A DNA stretch of 64,000 bases, the filler included, from Stramenopiles sp. TOSAG23-3 (lineage: Eukaryota), in assembly GCA_900128585.1 (NCBI GenBank). It is 15 parts of 15 records of this genome, joined end to end, with 100 filler letters (N's around TTAATTAATTAA, not from the genome) between each part and the next. Parts side by side here need not be neighbours in the genome. Positions count along the whole stretch, not along the records: positions 21,499 to 25,695 come from LT643916.1; positions 25,796 to 29,986 come from LT643917.1; positions 30,087 to 34,276 come from LT643918.1; 12 more parts are not named here. The stretch is one strand, 5' to 3'. The position numbers and the translations under genes are program-made. The notes beneath the pieces are model-generated. The model was given only the letters and a program-made list of their open reading frames with translations, searched no databases and was not told where the DNA came from. Shown here one piece after another: positions 21,794 through 31,777 of this stretch. Position 1 is the first letter of the stretch. Each line of letters opens with the position of its first letter.

Positions 21794-23239
21794 TTATCGA
21801 TTGTATTTTTCTACTTCTTCCCGCGATTGAAACAGAAGTGCCAATAGCACCGACCGGTCGGTGCGAAGTTTGACCCAAAACTCCAAATCCTCCGGCTGGA
21901 GCGACAGTGGAAACCCTACGTCGGTCATATCAACTGCCCCCTTTTTTTTCTTCGTTGCTGCACTGGAAGTCTCTGTCAATTCGGTGCCTCCCTCTGAAGT
22001 ATTTATAATGTCATTCGCCTCCGATATCCTTCTTACGTGTCGTTTTACTACGGCACGCAATATTGGTTCCGGCGTTCTTCGAAGCGCAATTAGTTGATTG
22101 TCTGTTGCAAAAACTGCAGCGATGGCAAAAAGCCACTTTCCGTCCAAACGGTCCAACATACCCTTCGAGCCAATGTTCACATTGTCCACGTACTGCTTAC
22201 CCGGACCGGAAAACATATCTTGGACGGACGTGTAACAATTGCTCGCCAACTTATCTAGCAGCAAATCAAACTTTTCGTCTGTTTTCTTCCAGTCTGAGCT
22301 CTGCGCTCTCAACCGCCGTTCCATTTCTTCAATTGCCGCGGCAACTTCCATCGCCACGCTTTCATTGCGGCGCTTTTGCGACATATTTTCAATATGGAAA
22401 GTCGTCGGCAGCAACGTCGGAAACTTCTTTGCTGCGAACGCAATCAGGAGAGACCCACCCGGCGCCATTCCAACACCCGCCAGAGGCACCAACCGAAGCA
22501 AATCTTTCATCGCCCGCCCGACCTTTCGTTGTTCGTACTTTGACAACTCACGACCCTCTAACACTTTCAAAAAGCGTTTCCTTGCAAAATCAACTTGCTT
22601 CGTCATCAACGAAAACCCGCGCTTATAGTGCCCCCACTCCTGCTTCAGCCCCTCCCATTTGTCTTCCCAAAACTCTTCTTCATGCCACGCAGCATCGTCA
22701 GTGCGCTTAGCAGCAACCTCTTTAGACAAATTTCTTGTAAAATCCAGTGCCATTCCAGCCCTATCACGCAGGTGGTCCATAAAACGAACGAACTCGCCAA
22801 AGTCCATGGAGCCGTACGTTTTCAAGTCAAAACTGTGAAACAAAGTTTCTATTTCCTCCTCCGTCATGCTTAACCCCATTTTCCTGCACCCGGCCACGAA
22901 CTCATCCACCCCAATATTTCCGTCTTTAAGCTTATCAAACGCCCTATACGCCATTTTATAAGTATCCAGGTCTCGCTTTGATATTGTCTGCTGAACCGAA
23001 CGTTCAGCCTGTTCGCTCACTTTGACACTGTAGCGAACAGAAATAACGTTGTTGAAAACTGGCACAAAATTTCTTCTGCATTTGAAATATTCACACGGCA
23101 CCGCTCCCGAGAGACGGTGGGTAGACAAAAATATTGAAGGAATATCCAGCCGTGGGCGAATTCTGGCCCACCGGGAAAGCGCGGGCCGCGAACTATAGGC
23201 TGCCCGACGAAGCAACACTAGACGACAGTGGGGTAACAT
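21794..23239 (-). CDS. Mitochondrial EF-hand plus LETM1-like domain protein
   Basis: Arg-rich, acid-poor transit-like N-terminus; EF-hand pair (FDKLKDGNIGVDEF, FDLKTYGSMDFGEF); LETM1-like HYKRGFSLM...DLLRLVP...FPTLLPTTF. Confidence 0.72.
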   Translation of the reverse strand: MLPHCRLVLLRRAAYSSRPALSRWARIRPRLDIPSIFLSTHRLSGAVPCEYFKCRRNFVPVFNNVISVRYSVKVSEQAERSVQQTISKRDLDTYKMAYRAFDKLKDGNIGVDEFVAGCRKMGLSMTEEEIETLFHSFDLKTYGSMDFGEFVRFMDHLRDRAGMALDFTRNLSKEVAAKRTDDAAWHEEEFWEDKWEGLKQEWGHYKRGFSLMTKQVDFARKRFLKVLEGRELSKYEQRKVGRAMKDLLRLVPLAGVGMAPGGSLLIAFAAKKFPTLLPTTFHIENMSQKRRNESVAMEVAAAIEEMERRLRAQSSDWKKTDEKFDLLLDKLASNCYTSVQDMFSGPGKQYVDNVNIGSKGMLDRLDGKWLFAIAAVFATDNQLIALRRTPEPILRAVVKRHVRRISEANDIINTSEGGTELTETSSAATKKKKGAVDMTDVGFPLSLQPEDLEFWVKLRTDRSVLLALLFQSREEVEKYNR

Positions 23240-24005
23240 GCAGACGACTTTCGGTCCAAACTCCAGTCAGACGTCTGGGGAAAAAACGAGTCACTGGGAT
23301 CAGGTTGTAGTCTGATCGTCAATTTCACTGGCGTATGTTTTTGCCTGCCCAAAAGATCTCGCTCATAGAAAAAATGCAAGGTATACATTGGGGGAGGCTA
23401 TTCAAAAAGTCGAAATTATAGATACCAGTTGTTTGCATTAAACTATCAGTTGAGAACACTATGACGTATTCCATATTAATAATAACAACACATGTTGTAT
23501 CATAATATCTTTGTTCTTCATCATCATTCTTCTCATTCATCAATCAAATAATAAAAATTTAAAAAAAAAATATATATTATTTTAAAATCATCATCATAAT
23601 AAGGTGGTGATAGTCTAGCATCAAGTTTTGTATTTCAATGATGATAATATTATAATGATTTTCGTCTGGGGATACCGAGAAGAAAAAAATAAAAACAAAA
23701 AATTGGCAGTTATTGGGTATGATAAAGACGACTATCTTAGTTATTGTAAAATTAAAATTTATCTTCCTCTCCTTTACCGCGAGAATGAATAAAACTATAA
23801 AAATAATAGCTATTAGTTATTCTTTTTTAGAAGAAAAAAATGTATCATAGGAAGATAAATAGTGTCTGAAAAAGTAGACGACGGCGTAGACAACTCCGAC
23901 TATATATAATCTGAGATCAAATCTTGTATAGAAAAAATTCTACACACAGCTTTCGATTTGCTTCTAATGAACTTGTAAGAGCGACGAACCCCCGCTATCA
24001 GTTTC

Positions 24006-25694
24006 TCAGTCATCTTCGTCCGAGGAGTCGGCCAGATCCGCCCAGGAAAGTCCTGTTTTCAACGTCTTTTGAGGTTTTTCAATGGTCACTTTTTTTTCCA
24101 TAGTTGGCTTCGACGGTTTACTGGGCTGCTTTTGAGTTTTCGCAGGCTTCTTTGTCCGTGGCTTTTCAGGGGGGAGTGACCGGGGCAACGGGCTAACAAT
24201 TGGGCCCCCAGTCAACTTTTGGCCAGTTTTTTCTTCGGCAAGTCTTATGATCTCCGCTTGGAAGGCGGATAAAAAGTCAAACTTATTTTCTTTTAACTTT
24301 CCACGCCTTCTCATTTTTTTAACTTTGGTTCTTCGTTTCTTCTCCATCCTCTTGCGGGTTGCCAGTTGCCCCTTCGTTACCCTAGACTGCATGAATGCCC
24401 TCCCCTGTTCAAGATCAAACGGGACGATTGCATTGGGGCATGTAGCTTTACGCCCCGCAGCAATGGTTGGCTGCGGCACTTGTCCATATATTATCCGAAC
24501 ATTGTGCGCCATTACCACCGGCGGAACAGGCATTGGCGTGCGGGAAAGCCGAGGGTGGTGTTGAATGAATCCGTGGTGTGGCGGGCCAGGAGCCATAGGT
24601 GCATAAAAATGTACCTGGGCCGGGGCATGTCGTTCGTAGTTTGCATATTCCGAGGCGTTCGAGCCTTCGCTACTTTCGCCGCCCCCGTAATCGTTTCGAC
24701 CAATCGAATCACTGCGGCTTTCTTCATCGCTGGATACATTTCCCCCAACCACTTCTTGCTCGTTCCCGCCGTTGTATACATTGGTCTGGAAAGCTTCAAC
24801 GTCACACCTCGTATCCGCTTCGTCTTCCACATACCCAAAAGTTATATCGTCTTCATCGTCCGCTACATCAAGGTAGTTTCCACCAGAGCCGCTAGAAAAT
24901 ATGACCTTCGGTCTTTCCAGGACGGCCTCGGGCACTGGAACCTTCGCGGGCAACGACGCGGTCGAAGTGTCAATATTGCTATCGGTGCCCATCGGTATTC
25001 CATTTTTTGCCCCAGATGGTGGGGGGGGTGGAAATTCTGCAGCAGCAACTCCTTTCGCGGTCTTTCTCTGGTCTGGTACGTCAATCGGCCTATCGGAAGT
25101 CAGTTTATTGTCTATTGGGACATTGGCGTCGTTGCTCATTTTTTTGACGTGTTTGTTGGTTACTTCGAACGGTTTTTGTCCGGGCGGAACCGTGGCTTTC
25201 TTCTTTTTCTTTTTCGCCCTTTCCGCCCTCTCGGCGGTCTTCTTCAGGTCTGGCCCCTTTGCAGTGGGAGTATCGGGCCGGGCATTTGCAGCAGGTATTT
25301 CCTTCTTCTTCACAGTCTCCACAATCTTGGACTCTGCCCGCTTCTTCTTTTTCCTTTTTTTGCTCCTCTTGCTTTCTACCAATGTCATCCCGCTAAAGTC
25401 GGCGTCTACACGGGCCGTGGCGTCAGTTTCGCTGGCCACCTTGTCCGGCTCCGCTAAGGCCGCAAACTCAGACTTTGCGCTACCGTTCGGTTCTGGCGTC
25501 GCGTCCGAGCCTTTGCTGTCCGTGCGCGACTCTTTTGGTTCGCTTCGCGACGCGCATTTCAATTTGCTCTTTTCCCTGATCTTTGCTTCGACTTCTTTTT
25601 TTACTGCTTTCGCTCTGTCATCCTCTTGCTCTTTCTTTGTACCCTTCTGTGACTGACACAGAGGGCTTTCCTCATTTACAACCGTGCACGTCTC
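24006..25694 (-). CDS. Hypothetical low-complexity Lys/Pro-rich protein, 5'-truncated
   Basis: Frame is open to the contig edge; poly-K NLS-like tracts; C-terminal LSWADLADSSDEDD. Confidence 0.65.
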   Translation of the reverse strand, partial: ETCTVVNEESPLCQSQKGTKKEQEDDRAKAVKKEVEAKIREKSKLKCASRSEPKESRTDSKGSDATPEPNGSAKSEFAALAEPDKVASETDATARVDADFSGMTLVESKRSKKRKKKKRAESKIVETVKKKEIPAANARPDTPTAKGPDLKKTAERAERAKKKKKKATVPPGQKPFEVTNKHVKKMSNDANVPIDNKLTSDRPIDVPDQRKTAKGVAAAEFPPPPPSGAKNGIPMGTDSNIDTSTASLPAKVPVPEAVLERPKVIFSSGSGGNYLDVADDEDDITFGYVEDEADTRCDVEAFQTNVYNGGNEQEVVGGNVSSDEESRSDSIGRNDYGGGESSEGSNASEYANYERHAPAQVHFYAPMAPGPPHHGFIQHHPRLSRTPMPVPPVVMAHNVRIIYGQVPQPTIAAGRKATCPNAIVPFDLEQGRAFMQSRVTKGQLATRKRMEKKRRTKVKKMRRRGKLKENKFDFLSAFQAEIIRLAEEKTGQKLTGGPIVSPLPRSLPPEKPRTKKPAKTQKQPSKPSKPTMEKKVTIEKPQKTLKTGLSWADLADSSDEDD

Positions 25695-25795
25695 CNNNNN
25701 NNNNNNNNNNNNNNNNNNNNNNNNNNNNNNNNNNNNNNNTTAATTAATTAANNNNNNNNNNNNNNNNNNNNNNNNNNNNNNNNNNNNNNNNNNNN

Positions 25796-27598
25796 ATGGT
25801 TGAGGGGCAGCTGGAACGGTTAAAAGAAGAGCTTGCGAAGGCGCGACAAGAAAAGGCAGCGTCAGACGCTCTTGTTGCCGAAACAGACGCCGCGTTGCGT
25901 GCGCTCCGAAGCGAGATGGCTACCGCGCTAACGAACACTCAACGCGAAGCGGAAAATACAAAGAAGGATCACGATCGAGCTATTATGACGATGGAAGAAT
26001 CCCACAAACACGAGGTGCAGCGGCTTAAAGAAGAATTGGAGCAATTGACAGACACAAGCAATGGAGAGATTTCGCGGCTGAGCACAGTAGTAGAAGAAAG
26101 GTCGCGCCTGCTGTTACGGTTGAGGGAGGAACTAAAAGCGGCCAATGCAGAAGCAGTCGAGAGTGCTGCCCGTCTGGTGGCAGAGTACAACCAAACGTTG
26201 GAGACGGTAAAATGCGAGCATACAAATGTTTCATTAACGTTGAAAACCAAAGTAGCACATTTTGAGAACATGCTACGGCAGAAGCGGTTCGAAAGTTTGT
26301 ACAGCCGATTCAAAGCCGTCGTGGTGCGAAAATATTCCTTCGCTTTTCGGACGTGGCACACTCGCACGCAGTGGCGGCGGGGCGTGGACAAGCAAACATA
26401 CCATGTCGTCCAGCGAATTCGAAATCGGTTAAAGGCGAGGGTCTTCGCAACGTTTCGGGGCTATGTGCAAGTCCACAAGCGCCTCCGCACACACTGCGGA
26501 ATTGTTATGCGACGCTTTGCCCGCCTCGCTCTGGGGAAAGTCTGGTCAGCATGGGTACCGTTTGTTCACCGAAGGAAACGGGCACGTGTATATTTAAAAG
26601 CAATGAACATTAAGAACACGTCGCACCTTCGAAAAGGCCGGTACATTCGAGGTTGGACCATGTGGCGTCGTTTTGTATCCCACCAAACATATGCGGAGTT
26701 GAGCGATTCGAACAAACGTTTGTTTCGAACTCACCGTCGACACGTGGTGTCTGCAGTGTTCACAAGGATTCGTACACGTAATTTACGAATGGGGTTTCAG
26801 ACATGGGTCCGAACTACGGATGCCACGAAACTTGCGCACGCAAACCGGCAAGAACGAGCAGCGCTGGAACAAAAATTGACCCTTCGCGCGGCCCGAAGCA
26901 GAAGGCAATCCCTCTCGATCATAACAAATCATCAAAACAAAGAGCGCATCGCGGTCGTTTTCCGCCAATGGGTGCAGCATGTAACTGAATTGAAGCGGGT
27001 CAAGGGTGTCAGCGCCCGCATCCTTACCCGCTGGAGAAACGACAGCATGCAGGTCATATTTCGCAGGTGGGTCGATGCAACCACGGAGATGAAGAGGAAC
27101 CGGGTCATCATCGCCCGATTCCTTGCGCACCTGGAGCAAAGCACCGCGAGTAAGTGCTTGAACCGCTGGGTTGCCTTTACCCGCCGACGAAGATACCTCC
27201 GGTCGTACTTGTCCCGGGCATACAGCAGGTGGGAATCCACCACCCTGGCGCACGGGTACAAGCGGTGGGTGTCGTGGTTTGTCCACGCCCAGCTGTCTGA
27301 ACGGCACGAGCACGTAATGCTGTACGAAAAAGTGCATGCATCCAAGACGGACCTCATACTACACCAGGTCACCAGCACGCTCGCGGATTGCAAAACGAAA
27401 TCGCAATGGTTTCACAGGTGGCACGTCAGCGCCATTCGTCGTGTGGTAAAGCGTCACCTTGCGATGTTGAAAGACCAAACTGGTGCCCAACTCTTACGCG
27501 CCGAAGCCCGGGGCTTTGAGGAAGCTAGAAACTCAATTCGTAAATATTTCGATGATGAAACAAGCGCTGCGATTTTAATGAAAGCAACAAGCAAGTGA
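25796..27598 (+). CDS. Coiled-coil plus Sfi1-like repeat (putative centrin-binding) protein, probably 5'-truncated
   Basis: N-terminal heptad coiled coil, then periodic F/W-x2-W repeats in basic helices (AFRTW, VWSAW, GFQTW, VFRQW, IFRRW, CLNRW, WFHRW). Confidence 0.65.
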   Translation: MVEGQLERLKEELAKARQEKAASDALVAETDAALRALRSEMATALTNTQREAENTKKDHDRAIMTMEESHKHEVQRLKEELEQLTDTSNGEISRLSTVVEERSRLLLRLREELKAANAEAVESAARLVAEYNQTLETVKCEHTNVSLTLKTKVAHFENMLRQKRFESLYSRFKAVVVRKYSFAFRTWHTRTQWRRGVDKQTYHVVQRIRNRLKARVFATFRGYVQVHKRLRTHCGIVMRRFARLALGKVWSAWVPFVHRRKRARVYLKAMNIKNTSHLRKGRYIRGWTMWRRFVSHQTYAELSDSNKRLFRTHRRHVVSAVFTRIRTRNLRMGFQTWVRTTDATKLAHANRQERAALEQKLTLRAARSRRQSLSIITNHQNKERIAVVFRQWVQHVTELKRVKGVSARILTRWRNDSMQVIFRRWVDATTEMKRNRVIIARFLAHLEQSTASKCLNRWVAFTRRRRYLRSYLSRAYSRWESTTLAHGYKRWVSWFVHAQLSERHEHVMLYEKVHASKTDLILHQVTSTLADCKTKSQWFHRWHVSAIRRVVKRHLAMLKDQTGAQLLRAEARGFEEARNSIRKYFDDETSAAILMKATSK

Positions 27599-27968
27599 GC
27601 AAGTGAGTGTTCCAGATTCCAGATTCCACCATCCATCCACAGTGAAGTAATGAAGAGAGAAGACAAGAATTTAAATATACTACAATAGTTTGTATTGTAA
27701 TACATAAATTACCTATCTTCAAAAAAAAATCTCACCACCACTTCTTCTTCCCCTTCTTCTTCCTTCGTTCCTTTTTTCTTCTCTTCTTTTTGTTTCTTCC
27801 ATTTTATATTTTGAAATTACAAAACGCAAAGGAGTCCCATGTTTCCAAGGTTTCCGCAAACAAAAACAAAAAAGGTAAACGATCCAATCGTTGTGATGTT
27901 AACCGGTGATTTTTATTTCAATCGAGAAAGAGAGGTTTCGTGTACAGGAAGGAAAGAAAGTGGTGCAA

Positions 27969-28979
27969 ATGAGCAAGTCGAAAGAGGCCAAAAGGTCGGC
28001 GACGGAAAGTGCGGTCCTTCTGGGAAGCAACGTGTTGCTTGCCGTGGCTGTTATTTTTAGCAACAAAATTGTGTTTACAAAGCTTCACTTCAAGTTCCCA
28101 ATTTTTTTGACACTTATCCACTACGTGACGATATTCATCGGGATCGAGGCATGCCGAAGACTTGGTGTGTACCGCCAGACCCCGTGGAAGCAGCTTCCGC
28201 TGAACCAAGACATGGTGTTGATGGTACTTCTCGTAGCGGTTGGGGTGGCCCTGAACAACGCCTCGTTGAGGGCAAACGCGGTTGGAACGTACCAGCTTTT
28301 GAAACTTTTGGTAACGCCAGGGATCTGCATTTGTGATTATTTGTTGATGGGAAAAACTATTTCAAGAAAGCGAGCGTACATCTTGCTCATTGTATGCTTT
28401 GGCGTAGCCGTGGCGACGGTCAGCGACGTGGAGTTGCGGGCATTCGGCCTTTGCCTCGGGTTGGTCTTTGTCCCGGTCGCAGCGTTTTACAAAGTCCAAT
28501 GGAAGAAAGTGTTGACGGCGACGGGGGCAAACACCATGTCGCTTATTCACCGCGTTTACCCCATGGCCATGCCGATCACGGCGTTGTGTGGGATTTTCTT
28601 GGACCCCTCCGGCATTACGACGTTCGATTACAACATGAAGTCGGTGTCCTTGCTGTTAATCAGTGGGCTGATGGCCTTGATGATTTCCGTGAGCAGTTTC
28701 TCGATCGTTGCGATTTTCTCTCCCTTGACCCACCAAGTCCTTGGGCTGTTGAAGGTGTCCCTGTCGATCATTGCCGGGACAATATTTTTTGGAAACCACG
28801 TTACGAATTTGCAGTTGTTTGGAGCCACGGTGGCACTCCTTGGTATTGGTTGGTACACCGTAGTCACCGTGGAAGAGAACAAAGGGAAGAAACGGGCGAA
28901 GAACCATCCCGCAGTCTACGACGACGAAGAGGAGGCCTTAGATAGGCGAGGCCGAGATCGTTTGAAAGACGCGGTGTAA
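27969..28979 (+). CDS. Nucleotide-sugar transporter, TPT/SLC35E3-like family
   Basis: VIFSNKIVF...FKFPIFLTLIHY, NASLRANAVGTYQLLKLLVTP, VATVSDV and SPLTHQVLGLLK; about 10 TM segments. Confidence 0.85.
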   Translation: MSKSKEAKRSATESAVLLGSNVLLAVAVIFSNKIVFTKLHFKFPIFLTLIHYVTIFIGIEACRRLGVYRQTPWKQLPLNQDMVLMVLLVAVGVALNNASLRANAVGTYQLLKLLVTPGICICDYLLMGKTISRKRAYILLIVCFGVAVATVSDVELRAFGLCLGLVFVPVAAFYKVQWKKVLTATGANTMSLIHRVYPMAMPITALCGIFLDPSGITTFDYNMKSVSLLLISGLMALMISVSSFSIVAIFSPLTHQVLGLLKVSLSIIAGTIFFGNHVTNLQLFGATVALLGIGWYTVVTVEENKGKKRAKNHPAVYDDEEEALDRRGRDRLKDAV

Positions 28980-29172
28980 AGAGGGACGGAGAGGGAGAGA
29001 GGGTTAAGGCATTGGTAAAGAGAGGGACAACTACAGCTAAGCATTCGTAAGAAGGAAGACGTTTCCCTCGCCCTGATCAATATTTCTCTCTGAGCTGTTA
29101 GCTTTTTTAGTAAAAACACACCGGACACTTTTTCCCTGTCGCGTCTGCTTCTTTCTTCTGTTTCTGCACTTG

Positions 29173-29613
29173 TTAGCTTGCATACTCTTCCAAAACGACT
29201 GTTGCGACTGCCCTCCCCTCTTCGTGGGACATGGAAACATGGGAGCGGCACACCCCCGCGGACGAAAATGCGGTCTGCACGGACCCTTCGACTTCCAAAA
29301 CGGGCCGAGTGCTCTTCCCCGTCCCGGTCCCTTTCCCACCCCCATTCCCGCCACTATTTACATACATTTCCGGAAACAATAACCTCGGGGACGAAAGGGC
29401 TTTCTGCGTCGCTTCTTTGACGGCCCACCGCGATGCCAAAAACTCAAATCTAGACTGTTGAGATGCACGGTTTGAAAACGTTTCTATTTCTTTTGGATGG
29501 TATGCTTTTGCCAAGAACTGTTCCCCGTATTTTTCCACTAATTGTTTCACCCGCGAGACCGACACTATGTCCGTGCCAATACCGTAAATCTGTCTCCCAC
29601 GCGCCGCCGCCAT
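29173..29613 (-). CDS. acpS: Holo-ACP synthase (AcpS-type 4'-phosphopantetheinyl transferase)
   Basis: IYGIGTDIV, FLASRWAVKEATQKAL and VSMSHE; Gly-rich insertion before the RP motif. Confidence 0.88.
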   Translation of the reverse strand: MAAARGRQIYGIGTDIVSVSRVKQLVEKYGEQFLAKAYHPKEIETFSNRASQQSRFEFLASRWAVKEATQKALSSPRLLFPEMYVNSGGNGGGKGTGTGKSTRPVLEVEGSVQTAFSSAGVCRSHVSMSHEEGRAVATVVLEEYAS

Positions 29614-30374
29614 CCTCTTACGAACGAACAACAAACACCTTTCGACTTGTGGTCCAACCTTGACCAGTGGATTTAACAGTACCGCGTCTGCCTTTTTTTC
29701 TATTTAAATTCGTTTTCTTTTCGTCCTTTTATGTGCTTTTCGTTCTTCAATCTCTTTCTCTTCTCTTATGTGACAAAAGTATATATCTATATTATATAAA
29801 TGAAGTTCAAAAATTGATGAAAAAAGAAAGAAAAAAAGAAAGAAAAAGAAAGAAGATGAAGAAAGAAGATGCAATGATGATTTTGTTGTTTGTTCAAAAT
29901 ATAATCAATAATAAAATACTACATATGTCCTTAATATATATACACACAGGATAGGATTAATGTATAATAATAAGGATTTACTTTTANNNNNNNNNNNNNN
30001 NNNNNNNNNNNNNNNNNNNNNNNNNNNNNNTTAATTAATTAANNNNNNNNNNNNNNNNNNNNNNNNNNNNNNNNNNNNNNNNNNNNAAGAAGAATTCAAA
30101 AAATATATAATAATAGATGACTACTACAGGTACTAGGTCTATAAAATAATATAAAGAAGTGCTAAAACAAGAAAAGTTAAAATATATGTAGTAATGAACA
30201 AAGAACGAACTGTTGTTTGTTCGATTGTGATTCCGATGCAACGAGAAGAAAAATTATTAATGCAGGTAATTATTTATATTCAAAATCCCGCGTATTGCAT
30301 GTAGACGTTTGTGATATTTTTTTTACGATCGACTTACTGTATTAGATACGTGCGCATTGAGTACTACTACAACG

Positions 30375-31340
30375 ATGAGCGATGACGTGCCCCCACCTCT
30401 CGAGGAGGACAATGAGCTTCCGCCGGACCTTGACGATTTGGACATTCATGACGTGGTGGACACTGGAAATGTGGCTGCTGGCGGTGAGGAGAAGACTGTG
30501 ATGGACGAGATGATTGAGGCGGCAAGCGTTGCCAGAAAAAAGAAAGAAAAGAAGAAGGCCAAGGCACGGGCGAAGGCCGACAAAACGTTTGGGAAAGGCC
30601 TGAAAAAGGGCTTCTTCAACACGCAGCCAAAAAAGAAAGTGACGAAGAAAAAGAAAAAGAAGAAAAAGAAGGACGATGAGAGCGATGTGGCCATGGAGAT
30701 AACGACGGATGCCGCGAAGAAGTTAGATAAAAAGGCGGCCGAAGAAATGCCCTACATTCGGAAGAAGACCTCCACGGAGAACCCCCTCGACAGCCTTCGG
30801 TTCCCGGAAGTGCAGCAGGCGATGAAAAATACCATGGAAAACAAGTCGCAGTGGATGACCCCAAACCTTTTGGAACGGTTTGCCAAGAACCCAAAGCTCG
30901 CGCTAGGGCTTCAGAACCCACGGTTTGTGAAGGCGATGGAGGAGTTGCAAAAGGATCCCCAAGCAGCCATGGATAAATACAAAGACGACGAGGCCCTGCA
31001 GGATTTTCTGCAAGAGTTCATGGGGTTGATGGGCGATCACATGGTCAACCTTGGGGAAGATTTGAAAGAGAAAGAAGAGCGGGAAAAGAAGGAGGCGGAG
31101 AAGGAGATGGAAAGGAAGAAGGAAGAGATGCGAAAGGAGATAGCAAAGAAAGACCCCGAGGTCGCGAAAGTGCTTGCAAACCAAGACGTGGCGTCCATCT
31201 TGGCAGATCCGGAAATGCAGAAAATAATGAGGGAGTGTACCCAACCGGGTGTTCTACGGAAGTACATGCAGAACCCAGAAATAGCGAAGAAGTTTCGGCT
31301 CCTGCAGCAGCACGGTTTGATACAAATACAGGGGTTTTAA
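30375..31340 (+). CDS. STI1/HOP DP-repeat protein (co-chaperone-like)
   Basis: Met-rich DP motifs NPKLALGLQNPRF...KDPQAAMDKY and DPEVAKVL...DPEMQKIM...MQNPEIAKKFRLLQQHGLI; GLKKGFF motif. Confidence 0.7.
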   Translation: MSDDVPPPLEEDNELPPDLDDLDIHDVVDTGNVAAGGEEKTVMDEMIEAASVARKKKEKKKAKARAKADKTFGKGLKKGFFNTQPKKKVTKKKKKKKKKDDESDVAMEITTDAAKKLDKKAAEEMPYIRKKTSTENPLDSLRFPEVQQAMKNTMENKSQWMTPNLLERFAKNPKLALGLQNPRFVKAMEELQKDPQAAMDKYKDDEALQDFLQEFMGLMGDHMVNLGEDLKEKEEREKKEAEKEMERKKEEMRKEIAKKDPEVAKVLANQDVASILADPEMQKIMRECTQPGVLRKYMQNPEIAKKFRLLQQHGLIQIQGF

Positions 31341-31777
31341 AATGGTTTTTAATCTCAATCAAGAGGAAGAAACAGAGAAGAAGGATCGGGAAGGAGAGGC
31401 GACTAACAAATCATACATCACAATTTACTTGTCGTCACTTGCACCGTGTCCGCTTACAATTATATCACGTTCTTGAACGGTTTTACCTTCTTTTTTCTTT
31501 TCTTTTTTGAGAGTCTTAAAACATATACTATATAATATATTGACTTGTCGTATACATAATTTGTTTCACTTCGTATACTTCGTGAGAGTTTTAAAGCATA
31601 TCATATGATACTATTATGAAAAAAAAACTAATGATATAGTATTATGATCATTAGTTTTTTTTAACAAAGGAAAGAAAATTGGCTGTTATTTAAGTAATTA
31701 AATTTAGCTTCCTCATACATATATTACTTGTTTTTTTTTTCACTTCGTATCATACTTCGTACCTCGTTCCGCGCTCT

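Noticed and set aside
29173-29613. AcpS as bacterial contamination or recent HGT
   Set aside because: It sits convergent with a eukaryotic transporter and has host-type AT-rich upstream DNA; AcpS-type PPTases are normal for eukaryotic organellar ACP.
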